The position numbers and the translations under genes are program-made. Below, one piece after another: positions 8,523 through 16,003 of a DNA stretch of 32,000 nt. Within the stretch, counting starts at the first letter, position 1; every line of letters starts with the position of its first letter. Source of the stretch: Candidatus Electrothrix sp. GW3-4 (lineage in GTDB: Bacteria; Desulfobacterota; Desulfobulbia; Desulfobulbales; Desulfobulbaceae); NCBI RefSeq assembly GCF_037902255.1, contig NZ_CP147990.1:1410001-1442000 (forward strand), in the 5' to 3' direction. Below the pieces are notes generated by a model. That model saw nothing but the letters and a program-made list of their open reading frames with translations. It was not told the origin of the DNA and made no database searches.

Positions 8523-9392
8523 TCACGTGCTATGATAGTTGCGCTTGGCCAGCTCCTGGAGATTTTCCATGGCTGTTTCCAGATCCATCGAAGCCAGATC
8601 CCCACCGGTACGCATTTGGGCCACTGTGGCTATACTTTGGTTCATAATGGTTATGGACTCCTCATTATCGGTGAGCAGGCTGTTGACCTGCTTCAGCTGT
8701 TGCTTCATGAGGGCGAGCCGTTTTTTCAGGGTGGTGTATTCCCGTTCGTCTGCCGAATCTGGCGTTTTTATTTGCTCAAGTTCAGCCAGCCTGCCAGCGA
8801 TATACTCAGGATCAATGGTACTCACGCTCTGGAGTAGGATAACAACCTGGCGCAGGGTGTCTAGTCCACCTAGGTAGACCTGCTCTGCAGCGCCGAGAAA
8901 GCGGGCATAGGTCAGCTCCCCGTGCTTGAGCTTCTGGTCCAGCATGGTTCGGAATTTATCATATTTTTCTTTGATAAAGACATACTGCTGTTGTGCCTGC
9001 ACACCGTACAACTCTGCTCCTTTGATATGGGGGCATTGTTCCAGATCGGTGCTGAGCGTTTGGAGAATACCTTCCCGTTCCCTGGCAAAACGTCCTGAAA
9101 GGCGATTAAGGTATTGGCGGGCAATGATATCCCGCCGAAAAAACATATTCACCCCGGCCATGCCTGCGCCGACACAGAGCAGGCCCACCATGCCTATTGC
9201 CAACATGGATATGTCGAAAAGAAACCAACCCAGGCCGGAAAGCAGGCCAAGAGAGGTGGAGTAGAGCGATACCGGGTGGAACAGGCTTTCTGACCGCACG
9301 GCCTTCTGGACGGCCTGACCGGAGAAGTCTTCCAGGCTGGGAAGCCGTTCGCTGCCACTGGTACCGCTATTATTCTCAAGAGACAAAACCAT
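8523..9392 (-). CDS. Inner-membrane protein with two adjacent TM helices and a long coiled-coil tail (XpaC-like architecture, TelA-associated)
   Basis: ORF of 289 aa. The TM pair is LGLLSGLGWFLFDISMLAIGMVGLLCVGAGMAGVNMFF, followed by about 190 aa of helical, heptad-like sequence. Its start lies 5 nt after the upstream gene's stop. The family name is inferred from architecture and TelA adjacency only. Confidence 0.7.
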   Translation of the reverse strand: MVLSLENNSGTSGSERLPSLEDFSGQAVQKAVRSESLFHPVSLYSTSLGLLSGLGWFLFDISMLAIGMVGLLCVGAGMAGVNMFFRRDIIARQYLNRLSGRFAREREGILQTLSTDLEQCPHIKGAELYGVQAQQQYVFIKEKYDKFRTMLDQKLKHGELTYARFLGAAEQVYLGGLDTLRQVVILLQSVSTIDPEYIAGRLAELEQIKTPDSADEREYTTLKKRLALMKQQLKQVNSLLTDNEESITIMNQSIATVAQMRTGGDLASMDLETAMENLQELAKRNYHST

Positions 9393-9397
9393 ACTGT

Positions 9398-10972
9398 TCA
9401 GAACTCCTCACGAACAAGGGCAATCTCCACCCGCAACAGCCGGTGTTCATAGGCCCGTTTACTTTCTCCGGGCAACGTAGGGAGGGGACGATCAGCACCA
9501 TACCCCACAGCCCGGATGCGGTTCGGATCAATGCCAAATTTTTTCTCAAGAAAATGGGCAACACTGTCAGCCCGTTGCTGCGATAATGCCTTGTTTTGTT
9601 CTGGATCACCACGCAGGCCGGTATGCCCTTTGACCACTATCCTGAAATGGGGATAATGTTGCAAGCGGGCCACAACTTTCTTCAGCACCTCTTCAGCAAA
9701 GAGGTCAAGTCCTGCTGAGCCATGCTGAAAGATGATTGGCTCGATTTTTAGGGTTCCGACCTCGCGCAACCGCTCCCAAGCTGCTGCATCCAGCAGCGGG
9801 AAAGGGGCAGTGAGCGAGTTTTTTCCCTGCGCCATCGCACCTGATCTGGTGAAGCCGCTTATTCCCTTGGTAGATAAGTCCTGGAGAAAGGAACTCTTCA
9901 GGAGGCGGTAGGGATTCTGATCCGGTATTGGCGAGGAGGTAAAATCACCGGCATTTACCAGGGTAGCTGCGGTTGATTCAAGGGTGTCACTGATCATTTC
10001 CCGACTTTGCCCACCGGACTGGGCTGTACCCTGGCTAATACCGAACCATTTTTCGCAGTTTTCTAACAGCGAAGCCCAATGAACGCCATTGAGCATGGTC
10101 TGGGTTGTTTTTCGGGAAAGGCCTGTTTCCTCCCTCACATCTTTTTCCAGGAGTTCTGGATTGTCTCTGTATTTTTTCAGCACCCTGAAATAGGAACTGA
10201 GCAACGCGTTGACCGCCTCAGGTTCATCCTGCATGAAGTCCCGGTTGACCAGCAGGATATCAACGATGAGCCGTTCTGTATCCTCTGTGCCCAGCAATTT
10301 GATAATATCTTTCTCTGCTAAGGCCCTGGAGACATCAGGCTCCCAGAGCACGGCAATGTCGGCCTTGCCAGCCAGCAGCTCCTTTAAGGCGCCCTCGGAA
10401 CCCTCGGTCTCAATCCTGTTCCCCTTTTGCCGTGGCAGCAGTTCCGGGACATTAAAATGATCCGCAGCCGCTTTGAGCAGGTAATGACTGGGGCTATCCG
10501 GGGTAAAGGCGATTTTGAGATCGTTTTTGCCTTTCAGGCTGTCAAGGCTTTCTGCCTTTTTCTTCCGGGCAATAATGGCGTCTCCGCCCTTGGACTCGTC
10601 AAGCACCGCTATAATGGAGGCAGGAAAATTGACAGCAGACCCGTTTAGGAGATAGGAGTCCACTGTGGCTACAGCAAGGTCGATTTTCCCTTTATGCAGC
10701 TGCTCCATACGCGCCTGATAATTCGCCTTATCATCGTTCCAGACCAGATTCCAGCCTTCCCGGCGCATCAGGGTTCTCATCTCATTGGACCGCAGGGGGA
10801 AATAGCCGATCCAGTTATCCAGGGCGAGCCTGACCTTGCCTTTTATTTTGATAGCATCGCTTGTGTTGACCTGTTTTTCCGCAACAAAGCCAGGGAGCAA
10901 CAGTTTGATGCCGATGAGAATTCCGGCACCGAGCACCAGCAGGAGGAACGCTCCTGTTATTTTTTTATTCAT
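9398..10972 (-). CDS. Periplasmic-binding-protein-fold / OmpA-like domain fusion protein (copy 2, signal-anchored)
   Basis: The N-terminus MNKKITGAFLLLVLGAGILIGIKLLL is a signal anchor. The middle is NMT1/phosphonate-type PBP-like (VRLALDNWIGYFPL..., DLAVATVDSY, LKIAFTPDSPSHYLL). The C-terminal OmpA-like motifs are VKGHTGLRGDPEQNKALSQQRADSV...RVEIALV. The track's alternative GTG start is at 11011. Confidence 0.8.
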   Translation of the reverse strand: MNKKITGAFLLLVLGAGILIGIKLLLPGFVAEKQVNTSDAIKIKGKVRLALDNWIGYFPLRSNEMRTLMRREGWNLVWNDDKANYQARMEQLHKGKIDLAVATVDSYLLNGSAVNFPASIIAVLDESKGGDAIIARKKKAESLDSLKGKNDLKIAFTPDSPSHYLLKAAADHFNVPELLPRQKGNRIETEGSEGALKELLAGKADIAVLWEPDVSRALAEKDIIKLLGTEDTERLIVDILLVNRDFMQDEPEAVNALLSSYFRVLKKYRDNPELLEKDVREETGLSRKTTQTMLNGVHWASLLENCEKWFGISQGTAQSGGQSREMISDTLESTAATLVNAGDFTSSPIPDQNPYRLLKSSFLQDLSTKGISGFTRSGAMAQGKNSLTAPFPLLDAAAWERLREVGTLKIEPIIFQHGSAGLDLFAEEVLKKVVARLQHYPHFRIVVKGHTGLRGDPEQNKALSQQRADSVAHFLEKKFGIDPNRIRAVGYGADRPLPTLPGESKRAYEHRLLRVEIALVREEF

Positions 10973-11011
10973 GTTGGTCTTTGGTTCATTTGCGTTTTCC
11001 GATCCCGACAC

Positions 11012-11151
11012 CCACCGTTAAAACAGTGGGCTATTTTCTGTCGCCCCTTCGGGGCTGCACGAAAACAGCGTCCCGAAGGGACTGCCGAAAAGAGCCCGGT
11101 CTTTCAAGGCCGGGACAGAAAAACGCCTTTTATTCCGGTGGGCAGTATACT
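11012..11151 (-). promoter_or_regulatory. 140-nt intra-cluster spacer containing four consecutive short GC-rich hairpins
   Basis: Read directly: cccac/gtggg (11011-11030), gcccc-ttc-ggggc (11043-11055), gtccc-gaa-gggac (11070-11082) and cccgg/ccggg (11095-11114). On the minus strand the last two are followed by short T-rich runs (ctcttttc, gctgttttc). Confidence 0.4.
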
Positions 11152-11940
11152 TCAAAATGCTGTTACGTCATCAAAGGATTCGGATTCAGCCAGTATATCC
11201 TGGAGTCCCTGGCGCAGGGCCTCTGGATTATCCGCAGCCTTATAGATCGTGCGACCCGGCTGATTCAGGGAATGGGTGGTGGTGATACAGAAGCCAATGG
11301 TGCTGATAATAATCGGGGAATGCGCCAGGACATTATTGACCTCTGCGGTGAGTTCTTCCGGTAGATTTGCTGCACCGTCGGTAACAATGACCATATGATA
11401 TTCGCCGTAGCCCAGCTGTTTTCTGGCCTGATCTGTCAGGAGCTCATAGGCCGTTTGCACGGCCTGGGTTAAAGGGGTCGTGGAACCTGGCTCAACATTC
11501 TGTACCTGTTCAATAAATTGCTGTCGACGATCCTGCCCTATCTGGAGGCGGACAGAAAAACCCTTTTGATCAAAAACGATAAGTCCCAGATGTGCATCAG
11601 CAGGCACCGACTGGGCCCATTCCATAACTGCTTCCTGGGCAACGACATTCTTTGTCGTATTGCCAGAGCAGCGTTGATCGCCCATACTTCCTGAACCGTC
11701 TAAGATCATCACATAATTTTTTCGGGTCCATTGGTCAGCAGGCAGGATGCTCTCCTGGTTTTTTGGGCCGTCCTGCGGCGGTGGCCAGATACCCGCATCT
11801 TTTTTGGGGTCAACCGGAGCATGTTGCTGGGAAGCAACTTGTTTTTTTTGTGGAGCTGTTGCCTTGCCTTGCTCGTTATCGTCACTGCATCCGCTGAGAA
11901 TAAGGAGGGCTAGACCGATGATCCAAGATATTTTTTTCAT
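11152..11940 (-). CDS. vWA-domain lipoprotein (TerY/BatA-like MIDAS)
   Basis: Signal peptide with lipobox: MKKISWIIGLALLILSGC. The MIDAS elements are VMILDGSGSM (DxSxS), GSTTPL (T) and VIVTDGAAN (D). Confidence 0.85.
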   Translation of the reverse strand: MKKISWIIGLALLILSGCSDDNEQGKATAPQKKQVASQQHAPVDPKKDAGIWPPPQDGPKNQESILPADQWTRKNYVMILDGSGSMGDQRCSGNTTKNVVAQEAVMEWAQSVPADAHLGLIVFDQKGFSVRLQIGQDRRQQFIEQVQNVEPGSTTPLTQAVQTAYELLTDQARKQLGYGEYHMVIVTDGAANLPEELTAEVNNVLAHSPIIISTIGFCITTTHSLNQPGRTIYKAADNPEALRQGLQDILAESESFDDVTAF

Positions 11941-11952
11941 GATATCGTCTCC

Positions 11953-13680
11953 TTAATCCAGGGGAATAAAGGCGTCTTCTTCAGCCTCAATTTGGATGAT
12001 GCGGAAAACAACCCGCATATTGCTCAGCCAGTCCTCTTTGGTTTTTGGGGCGCAGGGGAGCTGACCGCACATGCCGGTGCGAGGGTGCATAATACCATGT
12101 CCCATCACAGTGAACTGACTGGAATCCAGATTAACATTTTTTGCCGCACTAAAGGCCATAATGGAATCCCGCACAGCAATGGCCCTGGTCAGGCTGAGAT
12201 TCTTTGCGGCCTGCTTGGTCCGGGTCAGCACGATCTCCGATTCCTTGTTTTTGACCTTACGCAGATAGCCCATAGGATCTGAATGCCCTTCCACGGTAAT
12301 AACCGCCCCGCCATAGGTGGAGGCCAGGTCAACAACCTTGGCAAAGGCATCACTGTACTGGTCCGCTGAAAAAGTATTCTGGTTGGGTTGAAAGAAGACC
12401 TCAAAGGAAAAGAGCTCTCCCTCACTTAAGGTACCGAGATTCTGCTTCTGGGCAACCACTTGGGCCACAGCCTTGGTGTTGAATCTTGGAGCCTCGACAT
12501 TATCAACTCCAGCCAAACCTTTTCGGAGAGCGTTATAATCCCAACTTGCCTGCTGCAGGGAAACCTTACGGCTCAGTAAACCACCGGTAATAAAAGCCCC
12601 TTGCACCTCGTCCGTAAGACGTTGCAGGTTTCTTGGCCAGTTTGTGTCGGTGAAGAATTTCACATTGCCCTGAAAACCGACAAACTCGCAGTCACCGTAC
12701 AGGGCCTCGGCATCTGCGGTGGCAGCGGCACTGTCGAGCAGGATCTCGGCTGCAGCACTCACGGTTTTTTTATACTCCGTAAGCTGTTTTTTTTTATTTT
12801 TAAAGAGTGCTTTCAGATCCTGTTCTGCCAGGAGAAGACCATGGACAAAGTCCTGCACCTCCTGCTTATGGGCTGTGAAATAATCACTGCGCACAGCATA
12901 GATATCCGCGATGATACGGTTGGCGCTCTTGGTGGAGAGCATGATCTTTGCGCCCTTGACCGAGCCTTCTGCACCGGTCCCCACGGTGCCGTTGGAGGTC
13001 AGCATGAGGCCGTCCGGGATAATCACCATTGCTGCATCGATCTCCTTGGCATACAGGGCTTCAGCCGGGGTGTTGTCTGTGCCGGTGAGATCGTTCACCC
13101 ATTTGATGGTGACATCAGACATCTTCAGGCCTGCATCGCGGAGCAACTTGGCCAGATAATCAACATGGGGGCCATAGGCCTGGAGGGCAATGGTCTTTCC
13201 CTTGAGGTCCTTGGCGGAGTTGATGCCTGACTTGACCACCAGGCAGTCACCGCCATTACTCCAGGTCATCTGGTAGATAATGACTGGTTTGGTGCGCGGA
13301 TCCTGGTTGAGCAGCTCAGCCGCCATATTGATCATCCCCATCGTGCCCCGGAGATAGGGGGTCTTGCCCTGCATGTAGGCCTTGACCTGCTGCCTGAAGT
13401 CGTCGCTGCGGACGAGTTCGAGCTGGAGATTTTGTTGGGCAAAAATGGAATTTGCTGCTGTGTTCCGATGATTGCCGTTGGCCAGGATGGTGGCGATGTC
13501 TCCTCCCCAGGTAATCAGGGGTACCTGGACAGCTCCGCCAGCGTTCATATCCTGGACCTGAGCCTTGACTGCATCTGTCAGGGGCGGGGCCTTGACGTAC
13601 TGCACGGCCAAGGAAGTTCCTGATACGACGGCAAGGGCTGCCGCTGTTAGAAGGATTGTCTGTACAATTCGTGTCAACAT
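11953..13680 (-). CDS. Periplasmic-binding-protein-fold / OmpA-like domain fusion protein (copy 1, cleavable signal peptide)
   Basis: Signal peptide: MLTRIVQTILLTAAALAVVSGTSLA/VQ. The PBP-like body includes LKGKTIALQAYGPHVDYLAKLLRDAGL. The C-terminal OmpA-like motifs are ITVEGHSDPMG...KNLSLTRAIAVRDSI...NMRVVFRI. GGAGAG lies 7 nt upstream of the ATG. Confidence 0.8.
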   Translation of the reverse strand: MLTRIVQTILLTAAALAVVSGTSLAVQYVKAPPLTDAVKAQVQDMNAGGAVQVPLITWGGDIATILANGNHRNTAANSIFAQQNLQLELVRSDDFRQQVKAYMQGKTPYLRGTMGMINMAAELLNQDPRTKPVIIYQMTWSNGGDCLVVKSGINSAKDLKGKTIALQAYGPHVDYLAKLLRDAGLKMSDVTIKWVNDLTGTDNTPAEALYAKEIDAAMVIIPDGLMLTSNGTVGTGAEGSVKGAKIMLSTKSANRIIADIYAVRSDYFTAHKQEVQDFVHGLLLAEQDLKALFKNKKKQLTEYKKTVSAAAEILLDSAAATADAEALYGDCEFVGFQGNVKFFTDTNWPRNLQRLTDEVQGAFITGGLLSRKVSLQQASWDYNALRKGLAGVDNVEAPRFNTKAVAQVVAQKQNLGTLSEGELFSFEVFFQPNQNTFSADQYSDAFAKVVDLASTYGGAVITVEGHSDPMGYLRKVKNKESEIVLTRTKQAAKNLSLTRAIAVRDSIMAFSAAKNVNLDSSQFTVMGHGIMHPRTGMCGQLPCAPKTKEDWLSNMRVVFRIIQIEAEEDAFIPLD

Positions 13681-13908
13681 TCTTTACTCTCCATTTGTTC
13701 AGGAAGATTATTCCGGTGATGGCAGTTCGCCCCGTCCCTGTCGGCACCTGTCACAATACCAGAGGAACTTCACAAGGGCAAGTTCTGTAATATAATATAG
13801 ATACTGCTTTTCTCTCAAGAAGAGGCAGGGGAAAGAAAAGATTAAGATACTGTTGGGTTCTATGCTAACAGTATGCTGAATTTTTTCTTTTATTGGGATG
13901 ATATTGCA

Positions 13909-14061
13909 TCAGGGGCCGAGGGGATGGATGTTTTTTTCATCTGTCGCGATCTGGGGCGCTACTTTGTCGTGGCCTGCGATCTGCTGCGGGAAAAAACGGA
14001 GTTTGTAGGATCCGTGCTTAGTCAGGGGATTGCGCTCGACGCGGTATTGCACAGGTGACAT
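13909..14061 (-). CDS. Hypothetical 50-aa ORF (below the track's size cut-off)
   Basis: My own translation: MSPVQYRVERNPLTKHGSYKLRFFPQQIAGHDKVAPQIATDEKNIHPLGP. GAGGA lies 4 nt upstream of the ATG at 14061. It fully overlaps the 61-aa plus-strand ORF 13873-14058, so at most one of the two is real. Confidence 0.2.
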   Translation of the reverse strand: MSPVQYRVERNPLTKHGSYKLRFFPQQIAGHDKVAPQIATDEKNIHPLGP

Positions 14062-14539
14062 AATATCCTCTATTCTGGTTTAAGGTATTGATGCAACCGG
14101 ATAATCTGTTTGATCAATCCAGAATACGGAGCTGTCTCGGTCCTGTCAAGAAAATATGAGCAATCATTGAAATTTGTTGCCTGGAAAACAGGAACAGAGA
14201 GCGGGGGCGGGTGCAGGTGGTAAAGGAGATACCATAGATATGGTAAGGGGAATACTCTCCAGATGGTTTTTAATATCCCTTGATTATTATTGTATTTAAT
14301 AAAGAAAGGATGTGCAAAGCATACCTCTTGAAAACACACCTTCTCCCTGCCACAGCCAGTACGTCACTGCTGAAAAAAAGCAACAGCAATGCCAAGGTCC
14401 AGCACTTCGGGTAACGCTTCGACATCGAAGCATCTTCTCAATGAAAAATCTGGAGGAACAGGGGAGCAGTCAATCATAATTTCGGAGAAAACTTTGAACT
14501 ACCCCCGGAATAGGGTATTGTGTAAATATTTTACAGGGA

Positions 14540-14555
14540 TTTTTTTTTGGGGGGG
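14540..14555. repeat. Abutting homopolymer tracts T9 then G7
   Basis: Read directly: T at 14540-14548 and G at 14549-14555, about 175 nt upstream of the lpxB start. Confidence 0.9.
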
Positions 14556-14728
14556 AAAGCTCCAGGGATGATGGGGCATTGCTTACCTTGTACAACGACG
14601 ACCAACTGTTATATTATATTCTTGCCTCCCTGCTTTCTGGAACGGGACAATGCATTTCATCCAGGATGCGCTGTCAGGATGGCTCGGTTTACAACGGACA
14701 GTTTTTTTGCGCAACCATCTGAAACAAT

Positions 14729-16000
14729 ATGACCAGCCATATTATGATTGTCACCGGAGAGGCCTCCGGCGATATGCACGGAGCCCGATTGGTTGAAGCC
14801 ATGCAGGCTATGGAGCCTGATCTCTCCTTTTCCGGTATTGGCGGCAAGGAGCTGGCCGCTGTCGGGGTGGAGATGCTCTTTGATGCCTCCAAACTGGCCG
14901 TGGTGGGCATTACCGAGGTTATTAGTCATTTGGGGGATATTCTGGCGGCCCGGAGGGTCTTGATTCAGCGAATGCAGGAGAATAAACCAGCTCTGCTGAT
15001 CCTGATCGATTATCCGGATTTTAATTTGCTGCTTGCAGCCAAGGCAAAGAAGTTGGGTATCCCGGTTTTCTATTATATTAGTCCGCAGGTCTGGGCTTGG
15101 CGCAGTGGTCGAGTGCAGAAGATCGGCAGGCTGACCGATCGGGTCGGGGTCATCCTTCCCTTTGAAAAAGACTTTTATGCTGCTCGGGGCGTGGAGGTGG
15201 ATTTTGTCGGGCATCCGCTCAAAGACACTGTCAGTAAGGACAAGGTCGCTTGCAAGAAAGACTTTTTCCGCGCCCATAACCTGTCGGTGGAGGCGGAAAC
15301 CCGGATTATCGGCTTGCTGCCCGGTAGCCGTTCCAAGGAGATCCGTTCTCTGCTCCCTGATTTCCTTGCTGCGGCCCATATCCTGGCGAGCAAGGAGCGA
15401 GACAAAAAATGGCTTTTTCTCCTTCCTCGGGCCTCCACGATTTCTGAGGATCTGTTGCTGGCAAGTGGCCTGGCTGCCTATCGAGAAGATCCTGACAAAA
15501 AAATTGCTGTCCACGTCATTAGTGAGAGCCGCTATGACCTGATGGCGGCCTGCGATGCCGTGGTTGCCGCCTCTGGTACGGTAACCCTTGAACTTGCTAT
15601 CCTCGGCATTCCCACCGTGACCACCTATAGACTCTCCCCGAGAACCTATAGCTTGGCTCGCCTGCTTATTCGTCATATTCGCCATTTTTCCCTGGTGAAT
15701 TTGGTCGCTGATCGGGAGGTCATTCCAGAGTTACTGCAAGATGCTGTCACTCCTGCGGCTATTGCCGAATACCTTCAACGCATGGTGGATGATAATGTCT
15801 ATAGAAAAAATATTATCCTGGGGCTTGCTGAGGTAACAGAAAAACTTGGCCCTCCAGGCTGCGCACAGCGGGCAGCAGAATTTGCCTTTGCCTGTATGGA
15901 CAAGAGGCATCGCTCTGAATCAGATCTTCTTCACAAAAAGAAAAGAGCTTCGTCAGGTATCCCTGAACAGGATATAGTTAACGGAGAAGATATAGGGTGA
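14729..16000 (+). CDS. lpxB: Lipid-A-disaccharide synthase
   Basis: The motifs IVTGEASGDMHGARL, IDYPDFNL, YYISPQVWAWR and DFVGHPL are classic LpxB (GT19) motifs. At 423 aa it has a C-terminal tail of about 40 aa beyond the usual length. Confidence 0.9.
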   Translation: MTSHIMIVTGEASGDMHGARLVEAMQAMEPDLSFSGIGGKELAAVGVEMLFDASKLAVVGITEVISHLGDILAARRVLIQRMQENKPALLILIDYPDFNLLLAAKAKKLGIPVFYYISPQVWAWRSGRVQKIGRLTDRVGVILPFEKDFYAARGVEVDFVGHPLKDTVSKDKVACKKDFFRAHNLSVEAETRIIGLLPGSRSKEIRSLLPDFLAAAHILASKERDKKWLFLLPRASTISEDLLLASGLAAYREDPDKKIAVHVISESRYDLMAACDAVVAASGTVTLELAILGIPTVTTYRLSPRTYSLARLLIRHIRHFSLVNLVADREVIPELLQDAVTPAAIAEYLQRMVDDNVYRKNIILGLAEVTEKLGPPGCAQRAAEFAFACMDKRHRSESDLLHKKKRASSGIPEQDIVNGEDIG

Positions 16001-16003
16001 TTT

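Noticed and set aside
12601-13230. 209-aa plus-strand ORF
   Set aside because: It is antisense to PBP/OmpA copy 1. It has no motifs and no SD.
13681-13860. Sigma-54 (TGGCAC-N5-TTGC) promoter upstream of the envelope cluster
   Set aside because: I scanned both strands by eye and found only partial GGCAC strings with no correctly spaced TTGC. I make no call.
13873-14058. 61-aa plus-strand ORF in the 1-kb gap
   Set aside because: It has no SD and an odd N-terminus (MLNFFFYWDD). It fully overlaps the SD-preceded 50-aa minus-strand ORF, and neither is well supported.
14657-15685. 342-aa minus-strand ORF, the second-longest unexplained ORF in the track
   Set aside because: It lies entirely antisense to lpxB, whose translation carries unmistakable LpxB motifs. 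The antisense product is low-complexity (Gly/Arg/Gln-rich), has no recognisable motif and has no SD. It is a shadow ORF.
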